DNA of 40,618 nucleotides from a virus: IMG/VR virus record IMGVR_UViG_3300045988_125605, positions 1 to 40,618 of that record; one strand, 5' to 3'. Shown piece by piece: positions 1 to 5,720 of this stretch (position 1 is its first letter; each line of letters starts with the position of its first letter). The notes under the pieces were generated by a model. It saw only the letters and a program-made list of their open reading frames with translations, ran no database searches and was not told where the DNA came from. The position numbers and the translations under genes were made by a program.

Positions 1-55
1 AAAAGGCTTAATAAAAGCATGCATCCTATGCGAGCATAACGAAGGTTTTCTTTAT
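1..55. repeat. 55-bp terminal direct repeat, copy 1 (identical to 40564..40618)
   Basis: aaaaggcttaataaaagcatgcatcctatgcgagcataacgaaggttttctttat occurs at both window ends. Confidence 0.95.
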
Positions 56-122
56 TCATACCTCACCTTCTTTTTTGTTGTAAATTTAGGATAAAAAATA
101 AAAATCTACTAATAATATTTCT

Positions 123-320
123 ATGAAAATATTATTGGATATCATAATGGCGAAAAGAAAACTATCTGTAAGACAAGTGTCACGAATGACGGGAATTCCT
201 GCCTCAACGATCAGCGACATCATGAACGAAAAAGCATCTCCTCGCATGGATACAATGGAGATCCTTGCAAAAGAGCTTCACGTCAGAATTAGCGATCTGT
301 ACGATTCGCCATACAAATGA
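123..320 (+). CDS. XRE/Cro-CI family helix-turn-helix transcriptional regulator (65 aa)
   Basis: KRKLSVRQVSRMTGIPASTISDIMNEKASPRMDTMEILAKEL is a classic HTH_XRE pattern. No SD is visible. A TAATAT box lies at 113..118, 5 nt before the ATG, so the mRNA may be leaderless. Confidence 0.8.
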   Translation: MKILLDIIMAKRKLSVRQVSRMTGIPASTISDIMNEKASPRMDTMEILAKELHVRISDLYDSPYK

Positions 321-441
321 TAAAGTGTCCGAAATCTCGGACGATTGCATTGGGTAGCGTGATTATCGCAAAAAATCCCTCGTATTATAAGTGAAAGGAG
401 GGATTTCCATGAATTCACCACCCTGAACTCCTCTTAAATGC

Positions 442-470
442 TTGCTTCAAGCGAGCGACTGCTGTATAAT
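442..470 (+). promoter_or_regulatory. Sigma-70 type promoter (TTGCTT, 17-nt spacer, TATAAT)
   Basis: -35 TTGCTT at 442..447, 17-nt spacer, -10 TATAAT at 465..470. It lies upstream of the small ORF 514..618. Confidence 0.55.
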
Positions 471-513
471 AGAAATACAAACACACGTTCGATAAAAGAG
501 GAGGTACATATTT

Positions 514-618
514 ATGGGAAACGAAAGATATATTGTACTTATTACAAAATTACTTACGAGACACCAGGATCGTGCAAAAGAGATTTATTATCTCCTTCTT
601 GGGTTCCTGGAAAGTTAA
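514..618 (+). CDS. Small 34-aa peptide MGNERYIVLITKLLTRHQDRAKEIYYLLLGFLES, unknown function
   Basis: AGAGGAGG SD at 497..504, 9 nt before the ATG. It has its own promoter (442..470) and a hairpin plus T-rich tract after the stop. It is below the ORF-track length cutoff. Confidence 0.4.
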   Translation: MGNERYIVLITKLLTRHQDRAKEIYYLLLGFLES

Positions 619-653
619 TCCACAATTAAATATCTGCAGATAATCTCGGAAGG

Positions 654-688
654 GTAGCCACAAGGCTACTCTTCTTCTTTGCTTTTTT
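654..688 (+). terminator. Intrinsic-terminator-like hairpin (gtagcc-acaa-ggctac) plus T-rich tail
   Basis: Stem 654..659/664..669 followed by tcttcttctttgctttttt. It overlaps the 3' end of the convergent repressor gene. Confidence 0.4.
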
Positions 689-1046
689 CAAACTTCTTAA
701 ATTCCTCATAAATGTAATCCCAGTATTTATCCGGCAAATCCATCAGCATATTAATACAGAACTTTTTGAACTCATTCTGTTCGTTTCCCAACTTGCCAAC
801 AGAATTTAGATATCGCATATCTTCTGGGATAAACATATTTTCAGGGCCACCAGCACCAGTACGCAGCCAGTCTTCGTTGACATTGAATTCACGACAGATT
901 GCTTTGGCATTGCCGTCAGTAAGTTCGTTTCTTCCGTTTTCAATAAGACTTAATCCGCTTTTTTTTAATCCGATCTTAGCACCAAAATTTTCAAGTGTAA
1001 GACCAAGGGATTTTCGAACCGCTTTAACACGTTCGCCCTGCGTCAT
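666..1046 (-). CDS. CI-like phage repressor, XRE HTH domain with C-terminal extension (126 aa)
   Basis: GERVKAVRKSLGLTLENFGAKIGLKKSGLSLIENGRNELTDGNAKAICREFNVNEDWL is HTH_XRE. AGGAGG SD is present. It is divergent from the early operon. Confidence 0.85.
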   Translation of the reverse strand: MTQGERVKAVRKSLGLTLENFGAKIGLKKSGLSLIENGRNELTDGNAKAICREFNVNEDWLRTGAGGPENMFIPEDMRYLNSVGKLGNEQNEFKKFCINMLMDLPDKYWDYIYEEFKKFEKSKEEE

Positions 1047-1078
1047 GTACCCACCTCCTTTTCGTTGATTACAAATTT

Positions 1079-1107
1079 AGAATAACACCGTGAAAAGTGA
1101 ATGTCAA
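1079..1107 (-). promoter_or_regulatory. Minus-strand promoter for the CI-like repressor (TTGACA, 17-nt spacer, TATTCT)
   Basis: On the minus strand, TTGACA is the complement of 1102..1107 and TATTCT is the complement of 1079..1084, with a 17-nt spacer. Confidence 0.55.
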
Positions 1108-1115
1108 TAGAAAAA

Positions 1116-1130
1116 GTTTGCAAAACAAAC
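1116..1130. promoter_or_regulatory. Operator-like inverted repeat GTTTG-N5-CAAAC (O1)
   Basis: gtttgcaaaacaaac lies between the two divergent -35 boxes. Confidence 0.55.
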
Positions 1131-1139
1131 AAAATGATA

Positions 1140-1168
1140 TTGACAAAGTTTGCTAAATAAAGTAATAT
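1140..1168 (+). promoter_or_regulatory. Early rightward promoter (TTGACA, 17-nt spacer, TAATAT)
   Basis: TTGACA at 1140..1145, 17-nt spacer containing a GTTTG half-site (1148..1152), TAATAT at 1163..1168. Confidence 0.65.
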
Positions 1169-1183
1169 GTTTGTAAAGCAAAC
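1169..1183. promoter_or_regulatory. Operator-like inverted repeat GTTTG-N5-CAAAC (O2)
   Basis: gtttgtaaagcaaac lies immediately downstream of the -10 box of the rightward promoter. Confidence 0.55.
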
Positions 1184-1202
1184 AAGAAAGTGAGGTGACA
1201 TC

Positions 1203-1367
1203 ATGAAAAAAGAAATCCTTACAAAAGAAAAAGTCGAGAAAAGATGGACTCAGATGGAAGAGATGAACCAGATTTGGGACAAACTTTCCGAAAGAGAAAA
1301 AGGCTATCTGGATGGATGCATGAAAACAGTAATTGCACTGGCAAGCCAGGCAAAAGTAGCGAGTTGA
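1203..1367 (+). CDS. First early-operon ORF, 54 aa, hypothetical
   Basis: GAGGTG SD before the ATG at 1203. Open frame MKKEILTKEKVEKRWTQMEEMNQIWDKLSEREKGYLDGCMKTVIALASQAKVAS. No HTH recognised. Confidence 0.45.
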   Translation: MKKEILTKEKVEKRWTQMEEMNQIWDKLSEREKGYLDGCMKTVIALASQAKVAS

Positions 1368-1418
1368 TAGAAAAAAGTTTCAGGATCAGAAGACAGCATA
1401 AGAAAGGAGATAACTAAA

Positions 1419-1604
1419 ATGACATTTCAGGACGTTCAATTAAATAGCGGAAAAGTTTTATCAGGAGAAAAAATTGGAGAACTTGTCACCGAAATAGTAA
1501 ACAAGTTCTCCGAAGCTGGACTGTCTTACGACGAAGCCAAGATAGTACTTGGCGCCGTGGAAAACAATATGGGTGAATACAGCATTTTTCAGAAAATCCT
1601 CTAA
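1419..1604 (+). CDS. Hypothetical early protein (61 aa)
   Basis: AAGGAG SD 9 nt upstream. ORF-track entry. Confidence 0.5.
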   Translation: MTFQDVQLNSGKVLSGEKIGELVTEIVNKFSEAGLSYDEAKIVLGAVENNMGEYSIFQKIL

Positions 1605-1727
1605 AGATTTTTCTGAAGTAGTTGACTGATGAGGAGATGAAGAAAATAAAGTTTATAGCAATAGGAATATTACTCTTAGGGTGCATAGGCTTCGGGAAGG
1701 TCTTCAAGAAGATCGTATGGCCGGATA

Positions 1728-2099
1728 TCAAGGCTGACCCTGTATCCAATTTAATAATACCGGTAGCCATTGCTCTTTTAACAAATTTGTTACTATAGTT
1801 GTCAGAAACGCGACAATGATGGGTGTTAAATAGCGATGAAAACGTTGCTTACGAAGATACACAACATAACGATGTCCTCTATCAGAAAGAGAATAGGTTC
1901 CATCAGAAATATAGTCCCCTCCGGGTCCGCGATCGGGAAGGTAATTCTGCTCGATAAGACCATATTCTCTTAACTTGGTAAGCTGATGAGAGAACACATC
2001 ACCATTTCGACATTTTTTAAACCTTAACGAGAGCAGGATGCGCTTTTCCTCAAATAAGAGATTTAAGGATTCGAAATCAGGGTAAGTAGGTTTAAACAT
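1728..2099 (-). CDS. Winged-helix-like protein with C-terminal transmembrane helix (about 123 aa); oppositely oriented moron in the early region
   Basis: AAGGAG SD before the internal ATG (MFKPTYPDF). C-terminal LTPIIVAFLTTIVTNLL is hydrophobic. It is the only minus-strand gene inside the plus-strand operon. Confidence 0.5.
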   Translation of the reverse strand: MFKPTYPDFESLNLLFEEKRILLSLRFKKCRNGDVFSHQLTKLREYGLIEQNYLPDRGPGGDYISDGTYSLSDRGHRYVVYLRKQRFHRYLTPIIVAFLTTIVTNLLKEQWLPVLLNWIQGQP

Positions 2100-2271
2100 A
2101 AAGGTCTCCTTTCTTATGTACTCAGGCATGCCAGTGCCCTGTATTTACAGAATATGAGAGGAGCAATGAAAAGTCAATCCGAAGAAATTCGACAAAAATC
2201 GAGATTTATCGAGAAGCAAAGAAGAATCAGAAGACAGCATAAGAAAGCAGGACAGAAAGGAGAAAAGAGAA

Positions 2272-2451
2272 ATGTTAATGATTACAATATCTGTAATCAC
2301 ATCGGCGATCACAGCCAAAATAGTAGCCACCTATTATTTTAAGAAAATAGATGGCTACGTGAAAGAAATGTGCGAAATGACAGAAGAAAATAACAAATTA
2401 ATAAAAACTATTTTACACAAATTTCACGAAAGTTCTTCCCCAGAGGAGTAA
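2272..2451 (+). CDS. Small membrane protein (59 aa)
   Basis: AAGGAGAA SD. MLMITISVITSAITAKIVATYYF is an N-terminal TM helix. Below the ORF-track cutoff. Confidence 0.45.
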   Translation: MLMITISVITSAITAKIVATYYFKKIDGYVKEMCEMTEENNKLIKTILHKFHESSSPEE

Positions 2452-2495
2452 GACGACCAGGCTTCATACCATACAAATAAGAGGGAGGTGATCCA

Positions 2496-2633
2496 ATGGA
2501 ATACATCACCAGAATTAAGGTCAATGGCGAGAGAAAAGAAATCTCGCCAGAGGAAGCGTCAGAAATTCTTAAGAAAACAGTAGAAAGAGCACTGGGGGCA
2601 ATGTATGAGAAGAAAGTCGAAAAAGCTGGTTAG
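2496..2633 (+). CDS. Hypothetical 45-aa protein
   Basis: GAGGGAGGTG SD before the ATG at 2496. Confidence 0.35.
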   Translation: MEYITRIKVNGERKEISPEEASEILKKTVERALGAMYEKKVEKAG

Positions 2634-2760
2634 AACCTGGAAGATCAGATTCTCCGACGGTACCGTAGGAGTCTGCTACGGTACACGCCAGGGAGCTGCC
2701 GAGATCGCGGATCTCAAGAAAGACCTCTACGGAGGAAACCACACTATAGAGGGGAGGTGA
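2605..2760 (+). CDS. Hypothetical 51-aa basic protein
   Basis: Open frame MRRKSKKLVRTWKIRFSDGTVGVCYGTRQGAAEIADLKKDLYGGNHTIEGR. It overlaps the previous ORF. Confidence 0.3.
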   Translation: MRRKSKKLVRTWKIRFSDGTVGVCYGTRQGAAEIADLKKDLYGGNHTIEGR

Positions 2761-2762
2761 GA

Positions 2763-2957
2763 ATGGTGAAAGAACTTAACATCGCCCTCGTAGTAGGGCA
2801 GATCATCATGCTACTGCCGTGTTGGGTTGTAGACACCAAGATTCAATACGCAGTGATGTATGTGGCGGTTGTGGCCATAATGTACAGCCTGCTCATCTGG
2901 TTGCAGGCAAAGAAAAAGAGCCTCGCGGCAGCAGTCACGAGACTCAAAATCAAATAA
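2763..2957 (+). CDS. Small two-TM membrane protein (64 aa)
   Basis: GGGGAGG SD 5 nt before the ATG at 2763. Hydrophobic segments IALVVGQIIMLLPCWVV and YAVMYVAVVAIMYSLLIWL. Confidence 0.5.
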   Translation: MVKELNIALVVGQIIMLLPCWVVDTKIQYAVMYVAVVAIMYSLLIWLQAKKKSLAAAVTRLKIK

Positions 2958-3011
2958 ACAATCAGTGAAATAAGAATACCAGATATTCCAATGAAAATCA
3001 AGGAGGAAAAC

Positions 3012-3296
3012 ATGAAAAGTTTTAAAGAATTTGCAGAAGAATTCGCACAGGCAGGGCCTGATCCGGAACAATACAACAAGGTTCTGACGGAAAGAAGCCA
3101 GGAATTCATGGATGAAATCCACAAATGTACTGGAAACATAGCACAGGGAGACATTCCGTTCGCTATCATCGCCCTGACAGCGGCAAAAGCGGCACTTGAA
3201 GAAATAAGCGACGACGAGACAAAGCGTGTAACACGGTACCTTATGGGGAAGACGAAAATGCTGTGTATCCATGGCGAATATACAAAAACAAAATAA
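3012..3296 (+). CDS. Hypothetical protein (94 aa)
   Basis: AAGGAGG SD before the ATG at 3012 (the ORF-track start at 2991 is less likely). Confidence 0.5.
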   Translation: MKSFKEFAEEFAQAGPDPEQYNKVLTERSQEFMDEIHKCTGNIAQGDIPFAIIALTAAKAALEEISDDETKRVTRYLMGKTKMLCIHGEYTKTK

Positions 3297-3343
3297 AAGG
3301 CTCATGCGGGAACATGAGCCAGTACACAAGGTGTTGTGTGAGT

Positions 3344-3364
3344 CAACTTAAGAATATTATACCC
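3344..3364 (+). promoter_or_regulatory. Candidate rolling-circle double-strand-origin nick motif CAACTTAAGAATATTATACCC
   Basis: Resembles the phiX174 gpA origin core CAACTTGATATTAATAAC. It lies in a hairpin-rich intergenic region just upstream of the HUH Rep gene. Confidence 0.3.
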
Positions 3365-3487
3365 ACACAGCACCTGTACGTCAAGAGACAGGCGGAGTAA
3401 GCCTGCTTATTTTTGACCTTTTTTGAGAGGACAAGACCTCTCTTTAGGGCTCGATCAAGCGTATTAAACTTAGGACAAGAGGTGCTT

Positions 3488-4270
3488 ATGGGATACAAGA
3501 TGGAAACAGGATATGTGAGGGAAACATGGGATTTCGGAGATACCCTGGAAGTGGAAGAGAAACATACCGGAAGGTTTGGAGCTCCCTTGCAGAAAAGAGA
3601 GAAAAAAAGAAAAGCAACTCCGGAGGAGATCGCAAAGCACAATCAATGGAAGCGAGAAAGAGATGTAAGGAGACTGATTAAGTGGAATTTCCACGAAAGA
3701 GATTACTGGATCACCCTCACATATCAAAGAGGATCCCGCCCAAAATGGAAGAAGATAAAAGAAGATCTCAGTAAGCTGATCAGAAAAGCCAGAGAAAAGT
3801 ATAAAAAACAGGGATGGATCCTGAAATATATATATCGCATCGCTATAGGAGAAAGAGGCGGAGCTCACGTACATATCCTGGTCAATCGCGAATCTAACAA
3901 GGAGACAGCTACAGATCTGATCATCGCAGATCTGTGGGAGAGTGAAAAAGGACATGGACATGTGAATTTTACCACTATCTACGCTGAGGGTGGTTATAAG
4001 AAGCTGGCGGAATATATTGTTAAGCCTCTGGAGAAATGGGAGGAAGAAAAAATGAAACGTTACAGCTGCTCCAGAAACTTGATTCGCAAAGATCCAAAGA
4101 AAAAAGAAATCCGAAAAAGAGCCCTGATAAACAAAAAAGGTTTTGCAAGAGACCCAAAGCCCCCGAAAGGTTACTACATAGACCTGGAAAGTATCAAAAA
4201 AGGCAGAAACCCAATAACGAAATATGCCTATCGGCACTATACGCTGATTAAGATCAAGAAAAGAGATTAG
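3488..4270 (+). CDS. HUH-superfamily rolling-circle replication initiator (Rep)
   Basis: Motif 1 YWITLTY, motif 2 (HUH) GGAHVHILVN and motif 3 YKKLAEYIVKP are in the canonical order. The start is uncertain (3488 or 3500). Confidence 0.7.
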   Translation: MGYKMETGYVRETWDFGDTLEVEEKHTGRFGAPLQKREKKRKATPEEIAKHNQWKRERDVRRLIKWNFHERDYWITLTYQRGSRPKWKKIKEDLSKLIRKAREKYKKQGWILKYIYRIAIGERGGAHVHILVNRESNKETATDLIIADLWESEKGHGHVNFTTIYAEGGYKKLAEYIVKPLEKWEEEKMKRYSCSRNLIRKDPKKKEIRKRALINKKGFARDPKPPKGYYIDLESIKKGRNPITKYAYRHYTLIKIKKRD

Positions 4271-4272
4271 AC

Positions 4273-4785
4273 ATGTGGAAAGTAGATATATACCTGGAAG
4301 CAAGCTCCACCTTCCAGGGAAAACGACAGAGGAAATGTGGATATGTCCTTGCCACGACCGTCCGAGGTGAGGAAAAAACAAAAGAATCCTTCGCGAACGC
4401 GAACGGAACATACCATCAGACTACACTGCAGACTCTTATCGAAGCTCTTTTTCGCATGACCACGCCTTCTCAGATATGCATCCACACACAGGACGACTAC
4501 GTGGTCAGCCGTCTTCTCAAGCTGGAGGAGATGGCAAGTTCCGGGTGGACCGACGCCAAAAAACAGCCGATCAAGAACGTGGATCAGTGGGTACAGATCT
4601 ACTACCTGGTACATGCCCTTCCGGAACCACACGAAATCACCGCAAGATCTGAGAAACACAGTTATTCCGCGTGGATGCAGGAGGAGATGAAAAAGCATGA
4701 ATATGACAGAACTATGGGGCAAAGGGTGGAGTCTGCGACCGGAACAGGATCCACGGACAATGGAGTTTCTTGGAACAATAACTAG
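4273..4785 (+). CDS. RNase H-like (RNase HI fold) protein, possibly catalytically divergent
   Basis: GWTDAKKQPIKNVDQW matches E. coli RNase HI GWKTADKKPVKNVDLW. IHTQDDY compares with LSTDSQY. The E48-equivalent position appears substituted. Confidence 0.55.
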   Translation: MWKVDIYLEASSTFQGKRQRKCGYVLATTVRGEEKTKESFANANGTYHQTTLQTLIEALFRMTTPSQICIHTQDDYVVSRLLKLEEMASSGWTDAKKQPIKNVDQWVQIYYLVHALPEPHEITARSEKHSYSAWMQEEMKKHEYDRTMGQRVESATGTGSTDNGVSWNNN

Positions 4786-4918
4786 CGGCGGAGCCGTCTA
4801 CACCTATTACCGCGACGATAACGGAAAAATACTATACGATTCGGAGCCGATCGGCGGCAAAGAACCCTGGATGATCAGAGCCGACAAAGCCGCCCGCCGG
4901 CATAGAATACATAATTAA
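4697..4918 (+). CDS. Hypothetical protein (73 aa)
   Basis: AGGAGGAG SD about 10 nt upstream. It overlaps the 3' end of the RNase H-like ORF by 89 nt. Confidence 0.4.
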   Translation: MNMTELWGKGWSLRPEQDPRTMEFLGTITSGGAVYTYYRDDNGKILYDSEPIGGKEPWMIRADKAARRHRIHN

Positions 4919-4937
4919 CACACAAGGAGGAATATAC

Positions 4938-5720
4938 ATGAGAACAATATCAATTATCAACCTTAAGGGAGGTGTGGCCAAGACCACATCCAGCATCAAT
5001 ATTGCTTATATCCTTACACAGAGAGGATATAAAGTGCTTCTGGTGGACAACGACAAGCAGGGAGACTGTTCCCGAGGACTGAACCGCCGCACATCAGATG
5101 GAGACGGAATCGACCGCATCATGACAGATCGGCATCCGGATATGCAGAGCCTGATCCACAGCACAGACTATGAGAACCTGGACATCATCACCGCAAATTT
5201 AGGTCTTCTGACTGCGAACACGAAAGTAACTATGGACAGGGTGCGTCCGCAGCAGAACAGACTAAAGAAAGCCTTGCAGCAGGTATCAGACCAGTATGAC
5301 TTCTGCGTCGTAGACAATGCTCCGGATATCAATATCTCGGTGATTAACGCATTGACGGCCGCCAATGACGTTTTGATTCCAGTAGAGGTGGATGATAACA
5401 CTCTGGAAGGTATGAAGGAGCTGCTGGAGCAGATCGAAGAAGTCAGAGAAGAGTTAAATTCGGAACTGCAGACTGTGAAGTGCTTTGTCTCGAAATTCCA
5501 GAGACTCAATGAAGCCCACGTACAGGGAGCGGAAGTGATCCAGGAATACTATCCAACGATGCAGACCAGAATCAGAGCATCTGCAGTGGTGGCAAGAAGC
5601 ACCTTTGCGCGTACTCCGGTTGCCCTGTACAGCCCACGTTCAGCAGCAGCAGAAGACTACGAGAAGCTGGTCACAGAGTACCTGAATATGATTGGAGGTA
5701 ACGAGAATGGCGAAATTTGA
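4938..5720 (+). CDS. parA: ParA/Soj-family partition ATPase
   Basis: Deviant Walker A NLKGGVAKTTSS, LLVDNDKQGD, and typical length (260 aa). AGGAGG SD. Confidence 0.9.
   Translation: MRTISIINLKGGVAKTTSSINIAYILTQRGYKVLLVDNDKQGDCSRGLNRRTSDGDGIDRIMTDRHPDMQSLIHSTDYENLDIITANLGLLTANTKVTMDRVRPQQNRLKKALQQVSDQYDFCVVDNAPDINISVINALTAANDVLIPVEVDDNTLEGMKELLEQIEEVREELNSELQTVKCFVSKFQRLNEAHVQGAEVIQEYYPTMQTRIRASAVVARSTFARTPVALYSPRSAAAEDYEKLVTEYLNMIGGNENGEI

Noticed and set aside
1-55. Terminal 55-bp direct repeats read as attL/attR core duplications of an integrated prophage
   Set aside because: The only recombinase is a large serine integrase, which does not create long direct repeats. No host genes flank the element. 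The repeat length matches a typical assembler k-mer overlap. A gene and its SD are reconstituted across the junction.
438-629. 63-aa ORF-track CDS between the two HTH genes
   Set aside because: Its start lies upstream of the predicted promoter -10 box, and it has no SD. The 34-codon ORF in another frame (514..618) has the proper signals.
1637-1798. 53-codon plus-strand ORF with a lipoprotein-like signal (MKKIKFIAIGILLLGC...)
   Set aside because: It is kept only as a note. GAGGAG abuts the ATG with no spacer, and the ORF overlaps the better-supported minus-strand gene 1728..2099 by 71 nt. It cannot be excluded without expression data.
3299-3320. Hairpin ggctcatg-N6-catgagcc read as an intrinsic terminator after ORF 3012..3296
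   Set aside because: No T-tract follows it. It is more likely part of the structured origin-like region upstream of rep.
3470-4411. 313-aa minus-strand ORF
   Set aside because: It is antisense to the HUH Rep gene, low in complexity (F/S/L-rich) and lacks an SD. It is a shadow ORF of a purine-rich coding strand.
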